A DNA stretch of 64,000 nt. Source: a candidate division WWE3 bacterium (GTDB lineage Bacteria > Patescibacteriota > WWE3 > UBA101185 > UBA10185). Positions 27,501 through 36,772 of this stretch are shown one piece after another. The notes below the pieces were generated by a model. It was not told the origin of the DNA and made no database searches. It saw only the letters and a list, made by a program, of their open reading frames with translations. Position numbers and translations under genes: made by a program. The stretch is from the NCBI GenBank assembly GCA_052035175.1, contig JBPOHV010000001.1, positions 297,569-361,568 of the forward strand, read 5' to 3'. How positions within the stretch are numbered: the first letter of the stretch is position 1; each line of letters begins with the position of its first letter.

Positions 27501-27868
27501 TGGAAGTTTGGGCTTTGGAAGCTTATGGTGCCAAACACATTTTACAAGAAATGTTGACTATTAAGTCTGACGATATGATTGGTAGAACTCAAGCTTATAG
27601 CGCCATGATTCAAGGCAAAGTTATACCTCAATCTACAGTACCTGAAACATTTAAATTGTTGGTAAGACAATTGAATGGTTTGGGATTGGGTCTCGACGTA
27701 ATCACAGAAGACGGTGTTAATGAAATAACAGAAGATGCACAAGAATTGTTGGAAGAAGTAATCGAGCCAGCAGAAGAAAAGCTAATGGAAAGTATTTCTA
27801 AAACAGATAAAGACATTTTAGATGACGTAAATGATTTCTTTTATGCCACAAGCGAGGAAAGTAAATAA
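24548..27868 (+). CDS. rpoB: RNA polymerase beta subunit
   Basis: GTFIINGAERV, GDKLAGRHGNKG, GGQRFGEMEVWALEAYGA. Confidence 0.98.
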   Translation: MRHSFHKRDVVLPLPDLKGVQTKSFEWLLEEGIPEILEELGRVEDASGRGWTLTLTNPQILQPNRTIEEALHTGQTYDVPWYLTSTIEDPISKKSKEQSIYMGDIPLMTVDGTFIINGAERVVINQLIRSEGVLFTQIVSPVTGQQLAGAKVLPRTGVWLEIETSRSGVITVKIDRKRKMPITAFLRIFGLETDDEIRAAFADVEKNPEINYIENTLAKDSTSSYDEACMEVFKKQRPGEPLVLENARALVDLLFFNIKRYSLGPVGRFRLNQVLGLNFPNDPKHRLLQLEDLIKIVSRVIELNNGIGEASDVDHLSCRRVKSVGELLQSQIRIGFLRMERNIKERMTLSPRDELPQPSSLISPRAVAAQIHSFFATGQLSQFHDQQNPHTALDNVRRLTVQGPGGLTKERASIAVRDVHYSYFGRICTVRTPEGQSIGLINYLAMYARVNEYGFLETPYIKLAHDEKGVKLTDEIVYLTAYEEDQHFITDQSVNIDENNYITEKQVPLRKATSFILGDVANADYIEVVPSQVLGISAGLIPFVQNDDVARALMGTQQISQAVPLIRSVAPIVGTGIEAAIARNTNALTLAEDDGTVEYADAETVKVTYKNGNKTIYKVAKFKKSNAKTCINQRVTVVSGQTLKKGDILFEGPAVSGGELSLGTNIKAAYMIYDGLEFEDGIVISDRLVKEDILTSIHIDDYSVSLQETKLGREELTRDIPNVPEETLRNLDEDGIVAVGSKVKSGDILVGKVAPKGDQDLTAEERLLRAIFGEKAQDIRDTSLKLPHGEHGVVIGVKRVTQQESEALPTGTLEEITVYVAQQKKIEIGDKLAGRHGNKGVISAIVPSIDMPVLPDGSHVDIVFSSEAALRRMNVGQLLEASLGLSGSKLNKQYTVPTLQEIPEELIQNELKEAGLPTSGKMKLKDGRTGDYFSDEIVVGDVYILKLIHLSEEKMHARSTGPYSLITQQPLGGKAQFGGQRFGEMEVWALEAYGAKHILQEMLTIKSDDMIGRTQAYSAMIQGKVIPQSTVPETFKLLVRQLNGLGLGLDVITEDGVNEITEDAQELLEEVIEPAEEKLMESISKTDKDILDDVNDFFYATSEESK

Positions 27869-27871
27869 TAT

Positions 27872-30800
27872 ATGAAAAATCTTAGTGATTTAAAAGACTT
27901 TGACGGTATTAAAATATATTTGGCTTCTAGTGAAGAGATGCTAGCCTGGTCTCAAGGTAGAATAGATAAGCCAGAAACAATTAATTACAGAACATTCAAA
28001 CCCGAAAGAAACGGTTTGTTTGATGAAAGAATATTTGGACCTGTTAAAAATTTCCAATGTTATTGCGGCAAATACAAAGGTATTCGCTACAAAGGCGTTA
28101 CTTGCGATAAATGCGGTGTTGAAGTTATACACTCTAGAGTTAGAAGAGAGCGTATGGGGCACATTTTACTTGCTTCTCCTGTAGCTCACGTATGGTTCTT
28201 TAGAGGAATTCCTTCTAAGATGGCAATACTTTTGGGACTTACACCACGCAGTGTCGAGTCTATAATCTATTTCTCATCATTTATAGTTACATCTTTGGAT
28301 GGTACTAATAGAGCTAAGGCTTTGGATAAGGTAACAGCCGATTATAATAATTCAAAAGCAAATGTAGAAAAAGAAGTACAATCTCGCGTACACGATCTTG
28401 AAACTGAACTCAAAAATTTACCAAAACAAGATGAGTTAAAAAGCCAAGAAGCAGAGCTTAAACTTAGACAACAAATCCAAAAAGTTACCAGCTCTTTTGA
28501 AAAAAGATTTGAAGAGGTAGAAAGAAATTACACTTTAATTCAAAAGAAAATTGAAGGCATAGAGCTTTATTCAGTTATTTCAGAAGCTGAGTACACTACA
28601 TTTGGTAATTACTTAGAAGAATTTTGTACACTAGAAATTGGTGCCGAAGCAATGCAAAATGTTTTGGAAGCAATGGATTTGAGCGCACTTTCAAAAGAAT
28701 TGCGCGATGAAATGAACAATTCAAAAGGTCAAAAAGCTTCTAAATTAGCAAGACGCCTTAAAGTTGTCGAACAATTTAGACGCGCTTCTCTCAATCCATC
28801 ACGCATGATTATGTCGGTAATCCCGGTTATTCCACCCGACCTTAGACCAATCGTTCAATTGGATGGTGGAAGATTTGCAAGTTCAGATTTGAACGAACTT
28901 TACAGAAGACTTATTAATAGAAATAATCGTTTGGCAAAATTGCTAGAGCTTGGTGCTCCTTCGATTATTGTTCGTAATGAAAAACGCATGTTACAAGAAG
29001 CTGTAGATGCCTTGTTTGATTCTTCTAAACAAAAAAGAAAAACACGTGTAACCCGAGGTAAAAAACAATTGCGATCTATTACAGATATGATCAAGGGTAA
29101 ACAAGGTATATTCAGACTTAACTTATTGGGTAAGCGCGTCGACTACTCTGGTAGAGCCGTCATTATCAATGGACCAAAATTAAGATTGCACGAATGCGGT
29201 TTACCAAAAGAAATAGCTTTGGAATTATTTAAACCATTAGTTTTGAGAGAAGTTATGAGCCGTGGTTATGCACCAAATGTAAAAAGTGCAAAGCATTACT
29301 TAGAAGCTCGTTCCTCAGAAGTATGGGAAATTTTGGAAGAGTTAGTCGCTGATCATCCAGTACTTTTGAACAGAGCCCCAACACTTTGGAGACTTGGTAT
29401 TCAAGCATTTTATCCAAAATTAGTAGAAGGTAATTCTATAAGACTTCATCCTTGCGTATGCTCTGGTTTTAATGCTGACTTTGATGGAGATCAAATGGCT
29501 GTACATATACCATTGTCTGAAGACGCGATACAAGAAGCAAAAGATATAATGCTTTCTACAAAGAACTTACTAAGCCCAGCCGATGGTGCTCCAAAATCTA
29601 TACCTTTGAAAACAATGTTGTTTGGTACTTATTACATGACTTCAGTTGCTACTAACTTACCAGTTCACGCAACAACATTTGCAAGCAAACAAGAAATATT
29701 ATTTGCATACGATTCAAAAGTATTAGACCTCAGACAACTTGCAAAAGTTAGATTAAATGGAGAAATTATCGAAACAACACCAGGTCGAATATTGTTTAAT
29801 GCAATTCTTCCTCAAGGTTTTAGTTATGTGAACAAAGCCGTTGATAAAGGTGCAGTAAAATCACTTCTTACCATGGCATTTGATACTCTTCCAAGCGAAG
29901 AAGTTGCAAAACTTATCGATCATATTAAAGATCTCGGTTTTACATACGGTACTATTTGCGGACAATCAGTTTCACTTTTTGATATTCAAGTACCAGCACA
30001 ACGTGCTGTATTGATTGAAGAAGGTAGAAATCTGGTTATAGAAGTAAACAAAAACTACAGACGTGGTTTGATTACAGAAAAAGAAGTAAAGAAGCAAATC
30101 GAAGATATTTGGAGAAAAGTTATTGATCAAACAAAAGATGCAGTTTGGGATAATTTGGCTGAGGATAATCCGGTCAAAGTTTTGGTCGCATCTGGTTCAA
30201 CACGTGCTTCCAAAGATAATATTAGACAAGTAGCTGGTATGAAGGGTCTTGTTGCAAGTGCAGCAGGAGAAACAGTCCAAATGCCTATACTTGGTAATTA
30301 CAAATCTGGTCTTTCTGCACTCGAATATTTCGTAGGTGCTAAAGGAGCTAGAAAAGGTTTGATCGACAAAGGTTTGAAAACAGCAGATGCAGGTTATCTT
30401 ACAAGAAGATTAGTCGATGTTGCTCAAGATATATTGGTAAGAGAAGAAGATTGCGGTACAGAACACGGTAGAACAGTGCATAGATCAGATACAACAGTAT
30501 TAGCAAACTTTGGAGATCGTTTATTGGGAAGATACTTAGCTGAAGATTTAGTTGTAAAAGGTAAAACTTTGGCTACACGCAATACTTTGATCGATAAAGC
30601 TATGGTAAAAGAATTTGTTACAAATGAAGATATTCAAAAGGTAGTGGTTAGATCTCCAATGAATTGTGAAACACCAAGAGGCATTTGTATTAAATGCTAC
30701 GGTACAGACATGATGACAAGCAAGCCTATAAATCTAGGCTTGGCAGTAGGTATTCCAGCAGCTCAAGCTATTGGTCAACCTGGTGCTCAGCTCACATTAA

Positions 30801-31546
30801 ATGTCTTCCATACCGGTGGTATTGCTGCCAAAGACATCACTCAAGGTCTTCCAAGGGTAGAAGAATTGGTAGAGGCTAGAACACCAAAATTCTTGGCTGT
30901 TATGAGCGAGTTAGACGGTAAGGTTTTGATTTCTCAATCTGGGGATGAGCGCAAGATCACAGTCGTGTCTGAAGATCCTAATGTAGACGTGAAAAGCGTT
31001 GAATATATGATCGATGCATTGAGCGAAATCATAGTAAGAGATGGAGATTTAGTACAAAAAGGTGATCGTTTAACTTCTGGAAATCTTGATTTATCTGACT
31101 TGTTTAGTATTGCAGGAGCAGATAAAGCTCGCAGATATGTTTTGGAAGAGATCCAAAAAGTTTATGCGTCACAAGGCGAGTTAATTAATGACAAGCATCT
31201 AGAAGTTATCATTAGCAAAATGTTTAATCACGTTGTGATTGAAGACGCTGGTGACACAACTTATATGGCAGCAGAATTAGCAACAAAATCAGCTTTCAAA
31301 GAGGAAAATGATAGAGTTATGGCAGAAGGTGGTCAACCAGCTACAGCTAAACTCACATTGCTTGGTATTACCAAAGCAGCTTTGAATACAGATAGTTTCT
31401 TGGCAGCTGCTTCGTTTATTCAAACAAGCAATGTGTTGACCGAGGCTGCAGCGTCTGGTAAAGTCGATTCGCTATACGGTCTCAAAGAAAACGTTATTAT
31501 TGGTAAATTAATACCAACTGGAGTCGAAGCGGTTTCAAAGAGTTAA
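27872..31546 (+). CDS. rpoC: RNA polymerase beta' subunit
   Basis: NADFDGDQMAVH catalytic motif, Zn ribbon CYCGKY...CDKC, GLKENVIIG. Confidence 0.98.
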   Translation: MKNLSDLKDFDGIKIYLASSEEMLAWSQGRIDKPETINYRTFKPERNGLFDERIFGPVKNFQCYCGKYKGIRYKGVTCDKCGVEVIHSRVRRERMGHILLASPVAHVWFFRGIPSKMAILLGLTPRSVESIIYFSSFIVTSLDGTNRAKALDKVTADYNNSKANVEKEVQSRVHDLETELKNLPKQDELKSQEAELKLRQQIQKVTSSFEKRFEEVERNYTLIQKKIEGIELYSVISEAEYTTFGNYLEEFCTLEIGAEAMQNVLEAMDLSALSKELRDEMNNSKGQKASKLARRLKVVEQFRRASLNPSRMIMSVIPVIPPDLRPIVQLDGGRFASSDLNELYRRLINRNNRLAKLLELGAPSIIVRNEKRMLQEAVDALFDSSKQKRKTRVTRGKKQLRSITDMIKGKQGIFRLNLLGKRVDYSGRAVIINGPKLRLHECGLPKEIALELFKPLVLREVMSRGYAPNVKSAKHYLEARSSEVWEILEELVADHPVLLNRAPTLWRLGIQAFYPKLVEGNSIRLHPCVCSGFNADFDGDQMAVHIPLSEDAIQEAKDIMLSTKNLLSPADGAPKSIPLKTMLFGTYYMTSVATNLPVHATTFASKQEILFAYDSKVLDLRQLAKVRLNGEIIETTPGRILFNAILPQGFSYVNKAVDKGAVKSLLTMAFDTLPSEEVAKLIDHIKDLGFTYGTICGQSVSLFDIQVPAQRAVLIEEGRNLVIEVNKNYRRGLITEKEVKKQIEDIWRKVIDQTKDAVWDNLAEDNPVKVLVASGSTRASKDNIRQVAGMKGLVASAAGETVQMPILGNYKSGLSALEYFVGAKGARKGLIDKGLKTADAGYLTRRLVDVAQDILVREEDCGTEHGRTVHRSDTTVLANFGDRLLGRYLAEDLVVKGKTLATRNTLIDKAMVKEFVTNEDIQKVVVRSPMNCETPRGICIKCYGTDMMTSKPINLGLAVGIPAAQAIGQPGAQLTLNVFHTGGIAAKDITQGLPRVEELVEARTPKFLAVMSELDGKVLISQSGDERKITVVSEDPNVDVKSVEYMIDALSEIIVRDGDLVQKGDRLTSGNLDLSDLFSIAGADKARRYVLEEIQKVYASQGELINDKHLEVIISKMFNHVVIEDAGDTTYMAAELATKSAFKEENDRVMAEGGQPATAKLTLLGITKAALNTDSFLAAASFIQTSNVLTEAAASGKVDSLYGLKENVIIGKLIPTGVEAVSKS

Positions 31547-31564
31547 CGTATATAAAAGGATATT

Positions 31565-31981
31565 ATGCCAACAGTAAACCAATTAGTTAGAAAAGGTAGA
31601 AAAAACAAAGTTAAAAAGGCTAGAACCCCAGCGTTGAAGGAGTCTTTTAATACACTAAAACGCAAAGTTATTTCTGTTAATAGCCCATTTAAGAAAGCAG
31701 TATGCCTTGTAGTTAAAACTCAAACACCAAAGAAACCAAACTCTGCACTAAGAAAGGTTGCCAGAGTAAGACTTACAAATAAACGCGAAGTTACAGCATA
31801 TGTTCCTGGAGAAGGTCACAATATTCAAGAGCACTCTGTAGTAGTTGTGCGTGGTGGTAGAGTAAAAGATCTTCCTGGTATTAAATACACCTTAGTCAGA
31901 GGTACAAACGACCTTAAAGGCGTTGAAAATCGCAAAACATCTAGATCAATTTATGGAACTAAAAAGGTTAAAAAAGGATAA
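31565..31981 (+). CDS. rpsL: 30S ribosomal protein S12
   Basis: [17 protein letters not shown]. Confidence 0.98.
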   Translation: MPTVNQLVRKGRKNKVKKARTPALKESFNTLKRKVISVNSPFKKAVCLVVKTQTPKKPNSALRKVARVRLTNKREVTAYVPGEGHNIQEHSVVVVRGGRVKDLPGIKYTLVRGTNDLKGVENRKTSRSIYGTKKVKKG

Positions 31982-31987
31982 TAAATC

Positions 31988-32455
31988 ATGAGTAGAGGTA
32001 AACCAGCAAAAAAAAGAATTCAAGAACCAGATCAAGTTTATAAATCAAAAGTAGTTCAAAGAATGATAAACATAGTTATGTTAGACGGCCGTAAAGCTAC
32101 TGCTGAAAACATAGTTTATGGTGTTTTAGAAAAATTAAACGAAAATAAAAAAGAAGCTTTAAGAATATTTGAACAAGCTTTAAAAAATGTTATGCCAATG
32201 CAAGAAGTCCGCTCAAAAAGAGTTGGTGGTGCTACTTATCAAGTACCAATGCCAGTAAAGCATGAGAGATCAGAAGCTTTGGCAATAAGATGGGTTATCT
32301 CAGCTGCAAGAGGTAGATCTGGTAAACCAATGGTAGAAAGACTTTCACAAGAAGTTAATGACGCTTTCAATTCTACAGGCGCAGCTATGAAAAAAAGAGA
32401 TGAAGTTCACAAGATGGCAGAGGCAAATAAAGCCTTTTCACATTTTGCAAGGTAA
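31988..32455 (+). CDS. rpsG: 30S ribosomal protein S7
   Basis: [22 protein letters not shown]. Confidence 0.98.
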   Translation: MSRGKPAKKRIQEPDQVYKSKVVQRMINIVMLDGRKATAENIVYGVLEKLNENKKEALRIFEQALKNVMPMQEVRSKRVGGATYQVPMPVKHERSEALAIRWVISAARGRSGKPMVERLSQEVNDAFNSTGAAMKKRDEVHKMAEANKAFSHFAR

Positions 32456-32460
32456 TTTTT

Positions 32461-34551
32461 ATGTCTGATCAATCTACCCAAAAACAATATCCAATAGAAA
32501 AAGTACGCAACATTGGAATTATTGCTCATATCGATGCTGGTAAGACTACCACAACTGAAAGCATTTTATATTACACAGGTAAAACTCATAAAATAGGTGA
32601 AGTCCATGAAGGTAATACTCAAATGGATTGGATGGATCAAGAGAGAGAGCGCGGTATTACAATTACTGCCGCTGCTACAACTTGCTTTTGGAAAGACCAT
32701 CGCATCAATATAATTGATACTCCTGGACACGTCGATTTTACAGCCGAAGTAGAACGTTCTTTAAGAGTTCTAGACGGTGCAGTTGTTGTATTTGACGGTA
32801 AAATGGGAGTCGAGCCCCAATCAGAAACAGTTTGGAGACAAGCAAATAAATATAAAGTTCCCCGCATGTGCTTTATTAACAAAATCAATCAAATCGGTGG
32901 AGATTTTTATAAGAGTTTAGTTTCTGTAAATGCAAGATTAAGCCACAATGCTCATCCTATATTTTTACCAATTGGTTTTGAAAAAGATCTTCGTGGATGC
33001 GTAGATTTAGTCAGAATGAAAGCTTATACATATGCGGAATTCAAGCAAGACGACTTTGTAGTAGAAGATATACCCGCAGATATGCTCGAGAAATCAAAAG
33101 AATATAGAACAAAATTAATTGAAGCAGTAGCAGAATACGATGATAATGCTTTGGAAAAATATTTAAATGGCTCAGAACTTACAGAAGAAGAGTTATTAGT
33201 TTGTATAAGAAAAGCAACTTTGTCTGGTAAATTTTTCCCAGTTCTTACAGGTGATGGCCGAGGTATTGCAGCGAGATATGTATTAGATAGCGTTGTTTCA
33301 TATTTACCTTCTCCAAGAGATGGTGAAGGCGTTTCTGCAAAAAAAGTATCTAATGACGAGCACGTAACTGTAGATGAAAGTCCAGATGCACCATTTACAG
33401 CTTTGGCATTTAAAATACAATCAGATCCATATGTAGGAAGACTTACTTTTGTACGCGTGTATTCTGGTTCTATGACAGCTGGTTCTTATGTTTTGAATAC
33501 AACAAAAAATGTAAAAGAAAGAGTTGCTCGTATTTTGTTGATGCACGCAAACCACAGAGAAGAAATAAAAGAACTAAAAGCTGGTGAAATAGGCGCACTT
33601 ATTGGTTTGAGTGAAACTGTGACTGGTAATACCTTATGCGATGAAAGTAATCCTTTATATTTGGAAGCTATATCTTTTGCTGAGCCAGTTATTGGTCTTG
33701 TATTAGAGCCAAAAACCAAAGGTGATAGAGACAAAATGTCAGCGGCAATCAAGAGATTTTTAGACGAAGACCCAACTTTAAAGATGAAATACGATCCAGA
33801 AACTCAAGAAACTATTTTGTATGGTATGGGAGAGTTACATTTGGAAATTATTGTAGATAGAATGAAACGTGAGTTTAAAGTAGAAGTAAATACTGGTAAA
33901 CCTCAAGTAGCTTATCGAGAGGCTTTTGGTAAAAAAGTAGAAAAGATTGAAGGCAAATATATAAGACAATCTGGTGGTCGTGGTCAATACGGTCATGTAG
34001 TTATCAAAGCTGAACCACAAGAACGCGGTAAAGGTTATGAGTTTGTAAACGCAATAGTTGGTGGTTCTATTCCTAGAGAATATATCCCAGCTGTAGAAAA
34101 AGGCATTAAAGAATCATTAGAAAGTGGCGTTATTGCAGGTTATCCTGTTGTTGATGTAAAGATCACTTTGTTTGATGGTTCATTCCACGAAGTAGATTCT
34201 AACGAGCAAGCATTTAAAATGGCTGCTATTGAAGCCATGAGAGCTGCTCAAAGAGCATCAGATACATTTTTATTAGAACCAATTATGGATGTCGAAGTAA
34301 GCACGCCCGAAGACTTTATGGGAGATGTTATCGGTGGTTTATCTGGTAAAAGAGGCCGTATTGAAGGTACAGAAAGCCTTGGTAATGCTGTAGCAATAAA
34401 GGCAAAAGTTCCTTTATCAGAAATGTTTGGCTATGTAACAGAACTTAGAGGTTTAACCCAAGGTAGAGCTTCTTTTAGTATGGAGCCTTCTCATTATCAA
34501 GAAGTACCTGGCAACCTGGCGGAAGCCATCTCTGCAGGTAAAAAGTCTTGA
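32461..34551 (+). CDS. fusA: Elongation factor G (non-canonical G4/G5 motifs)
   Basis: [34 protein letters not shown]; str operon position. Confidence 0.97.
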   Translation: MSDQSTQKQYPIEKVRNIGIIAHIDAGKTTTTESILYYTGKTHKIGEVHEGNTQMDWMDQERERGITITAAATTCFWKDHRINIIDTPGHVDFTAEVERSLRVLDGAVVVFDGKMGVEPQSETVWRQANKYKVPRMCFINKINQIGGDFYKSLVSVNARLSHNAHPIFLPIGFEKDLRGCVDLVRMKAYTYAEFKQDDFVVEDIPADMLEKSKEYRTKLIEAVAEYDDNALEKYLNGSELTEEELLVCIRKATLSGKFFPVLTGDGRGIAARYVLDSVVSYLPSPRDGEGVSAKKVSNDEHVTVDESPDAPFTALAFKIQSDPYVGRLTFVRVYSGSMTAGSYVLNTTKNVKERVARILLMHANHREEIKELKAGEIGALIGLSETVTGNTLCDESNPLYLEAISFAEPVIGLVLEPKTKGDRDKMSAAIKRFLDEDPTLKMKYDPETQETILYGMGELHLEIIVDRMKREFKVEVNTGKPQVAYREAFGKKVEKIEGKYIRQSGGRGQYGHVVIKAEPQERGKGYEFVNAIVGGSIPREYIPAVEKGIKESLESGVIAGYPVVDVKITLFDGSFHEVDSNEQAFKMAAIEAMRAAQRASDTFLLEPIMDVEVSTPEDFMGDVIGGLSGKRGRIEGTESLGNAVAIKAKVPLSEMFGYVTELRGLTQGRASFSMEPSHYQEVPGNLAEAISAGKKS

Positions 34552-34557
34552 TTTTGT

Positions 34558-34618
34558 TGCTATAATCTGGTTAACTAACACCTGCCGAGCCACTGTCTTC
34601 ATTGGTTTGGTAATTAGT
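34558..34618 (+). promoter_or_regulatory. Internal tuf promoter (TGCTATAAT) and leader hairpin
   Basis: Extended -10 at 34558-34566. ACTAA..TGCCGAGCCA...TGGTTTGGTA..TTAGT stem. Confidence 0.55.
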
Positions 34619-34657
34619 ATAAAAGTATAAAAAAAGTTTTTTGAAAGGTATATAAAA

Positions 34658-35848
34658 ATGGCAGATGCTAATAACGTTTATAAAAGAGAAAAGCCACATC
34701 TTAATGTAGGTACTATTGGTCACGTAGATCATGGTAAAACAACATTAACTGCGGCTATTACAAAAGTTCTATCCGATATGGGTATGGCAAAAGCTATGGC
34801 TTTTGATCAGATCGACAAGTCCCCAGAAGAAAAAGCTAGAGGTATTACAATTAACATTACTCACGTAGAGTATGAAACAGCCAATAGACACTATGCACAT
34901 ATTGATGCTCCAGGTCATGCTGACTACATCAAAAACATGATCACCGGTGCAGCTCAAATGGATGGCGCTATTTTGGTAGTTTCCGCTCCAGATGGTCCAA
35001 TGCCTCAAACAAGAGAGCATATCTTATTGGCCAAACAAGTTAATGTTCCAGCAATGGTAGTTTTCATGAATAAAACCGATATGGTACAAGATGCAGAAAT
35101 CTTGGAATTAGTAGAATTAGAAGTAAGAGAACTTTTGACAAAGTATGGCTTCCCAGGAGATGAAATTCCTGTAATCAAAGGCTCTGCGTTAAAAGCATTA
35201 GAAGGTGACGCAGCTGCTGCAGAGCAAATCAAAGAATTGATGGCTGCTGTTGATAGTTATATTCCTACACCAGTAAGAGACTTGGATAAACCTTTCTTAA
35301 TGCCTATAGAAGACGTTTTCTCTATCAAAGGTAGAGGAACTGTTGCAACAGGTAGAATCGAAAGAGGTAAAGTTAAAGTCGGTGAAGAAATAGAAATCGT
35401 AGGTATTAAAGCAACACAAAAGTCAGTAGTCACTGGCGTAGAAATGTTTAAGAAAACACTAGAAGACGGTCAAGCCGGAGACAATGTAGGTATATTGTTG
35501 AGAGGTGTTGAACGCGATGATATAGAAAGAGGTCAAGTTTTGGTGAAAACTGGAAGTGTCAAAGCTCACACAGAATTTGAAGCACAAGTTTACATTCTTT
35601 CAAAAGAAGAAGGTGGTAGACACAAGCACTTCTTTACAGGTTACAGACCACAATTTTACATCAGAACTACAGACGTAACCGGTGAAGTAACTCTTCCACA
35701 AGGTGTAGAGATGGTAATGCCAGGCGATAATACTGTATTGACAGTTAAGCTCATTACCCCAATCGCTATGGAAGAAGGTATGAGATTTGCTATTAGAGAA
35801 GGTGGACACACAGTAGGTGCTGGTGCAATCACAAAGATTCTAGCGTAA
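34658..35848 (+). CDS. tuf: Elongation factor Tu
   Basis: [25 protein letters not shown]. Confidence 0.98.
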   Translation: MADANNVYKREKPHLNVGTIGHVDHGKTTLTAAITKVLSDMGMAKAMAFDQIDKSPEEKARGITINITHVEYETANRHYAHIDAPGHADYIKNMITGAAQMDGAILVVSAPDGPMPQTREHILLAKQVNVPAMVVFMNKTDMVQDAEILELVELEVRELLTKYGFPGDEIPVIKGSALKALEGDAAAAEQIKELMAAVDSYIPTPVRDLDKPFLMPIEDVFSIKGRGTVATGRIERGKVKVGEEIEIVGIKATQKSVVTGVEMFKKTLEDGQAGDNVGILLRGVERDDIERGQVLVKTGSVKAHTEFEAQVYILSKEEGGRHKHFFTGYRPQFYIRTTDVTGEVTLPQGVEMVMPGDNTVLTVKLITPIAMEEGMRFAIREGGHTVGAGAITKILA

Positions 35849-35860
35849 AAGCAATTGAGT

Positions 35861-35889
35861 CGAGCCCCGCTTAGGCGGGGCTCGTTTTA
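35861..35889 (+). terminator. GC-rich hairpin/terminator between tuf and rpsJ
   Basis: CGAGCCCCGC-TTAG-GCGGGGCTCG-TTTT. Confidence 0.7.
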
Positions 35890-35892
35890 TCT

Positions 35893-36213
35893 ATGACAAA
35901 AGAGAAAAAAGAGTCAAAAATAAGAATAAAGTTAAATGCATATGACAGTAGAATTATTGACCTTAGTTGTGCTAAGATCGTCGATACTGCCATTAGAACA
36001 GGTGCAAAAATAGTAGGTCCAGTACCTCTACCAACTAGAATCGAAAGATTTACAGTTATAAGAGGTCCACATATTGACAAAAGATCTAGAGAGCAATTTG
36101 AACTAAAAACTCATAAACGAGTTATAGATCTTTTGGAGCCAACTAGTTCTACGATAGACAGTTTGTCTCATCTGAACTTACCTGCCGGTGTCGATATTTC
36201 GATAAAGATGTGA
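35893..36213 (+). CDS. rpsJ: 30S ribosomal protein S10
   Basis: GPVPLPT, SREQFE..THKR. Confidence 0.98.
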   Translation: MTKEKKESKIRIKLNAYDSRIIDLSCAKIVDTAIRTGAKIVGPVPLPTRIERFTVIRGPHIDKRSREQFELKTHKRVIDLLEPTSSTIDSLSHLNLPAGVDISIKM

Positions 36214-36274
36214 TTAAATTGACGAGCTTTTTTAAAACAACATAGTAAAAGTGACAAGGTAGGTACATTGTATG

Positions 36275-36295
36275 TGCGCCTTTGGGCGCTTTTTT
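36275..36295 (+). terminator. Terminator/attenuator-like hairpin in the rpsJ-rplC spacer
   Basis: GCGCC-TTTG-GGCGC-TTTTTT, downstream of TTGACG-N16-CATAGT (36219-36246). Confidence 0.55.
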
Positions 36296-36315
36296 GTTGC
36301 AAAGATAAAATGTAT

Positions 36316-36750
36316 ATGACAGATACTAATGTAATAAAAGGAACAAAATTGAATATGAGCCAATTGTTTTTGGATAGCGGTAAAGTTGTTCCTGTGACAA
36401 TAGTTCAGGTAGAAACTGAATTGGATGCTTCTTTGGAAGGTAGCAATGTTACTATTGTTGGTACTTCAAAAGGTAAGGGTTTTACAGGTGTTATGAAAAA
36501 ATGGGGTTTTCGTGGGGGTTCAAGCACACGTGGTCAATCAAATAAGCCTAGAGCTGCAGGTTCTATTGGTGCACAAACTCCAGGTAGAGTTTTTAAAGGT
36601 AAGAAAATGGCCGGAAGACATGGTAATAAGCGTATTACTATAAAAGGATTACAAATACTTAAAGTTACTAATGATACAAAGAGTTTAATGGTGTCTGGGC
36701 CAATTCCTGGTGCAAGACATTCGAAAGTTCAGATAACTGTACAAAAATGA
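36316..36750 (+). CDS. rplC: 50S ribosomal protein L3 (short, 144 aa)
   Basis: GTSKGKGFTG, GSIG, PGRVFKGKKMAGRHG, GPIPG. Confidence 0.93.
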   Translation: MTDTNVIKGTKLNMSQLFLDSGKVVPVTIVQVETELDASLEGSNVTIVGTSKGKGFTGVMKKWGFRGGSSTRGQSNKPRAAGSIGAQTPGRVFKGKKMAGRHGNKRITIKGLQILKVTNDTKSLMVSGPIPGARHSKVQITVQK

Positions 36751-36772
36751 ATGAGGTTTTCAGGAGAATAAA

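Noticed and set aside
31565-31981. Streptomycin-resistance changes in S12
   Set aside because: The PKKPNSA and RVKDLPG motifs are canonical.
24548-35848. Introns or inteins in rpoB, rpoC, fusA or tuf
   Set aside because: The ORFs are uninterrupted, of normal or short length, and show no intein-like insertions.
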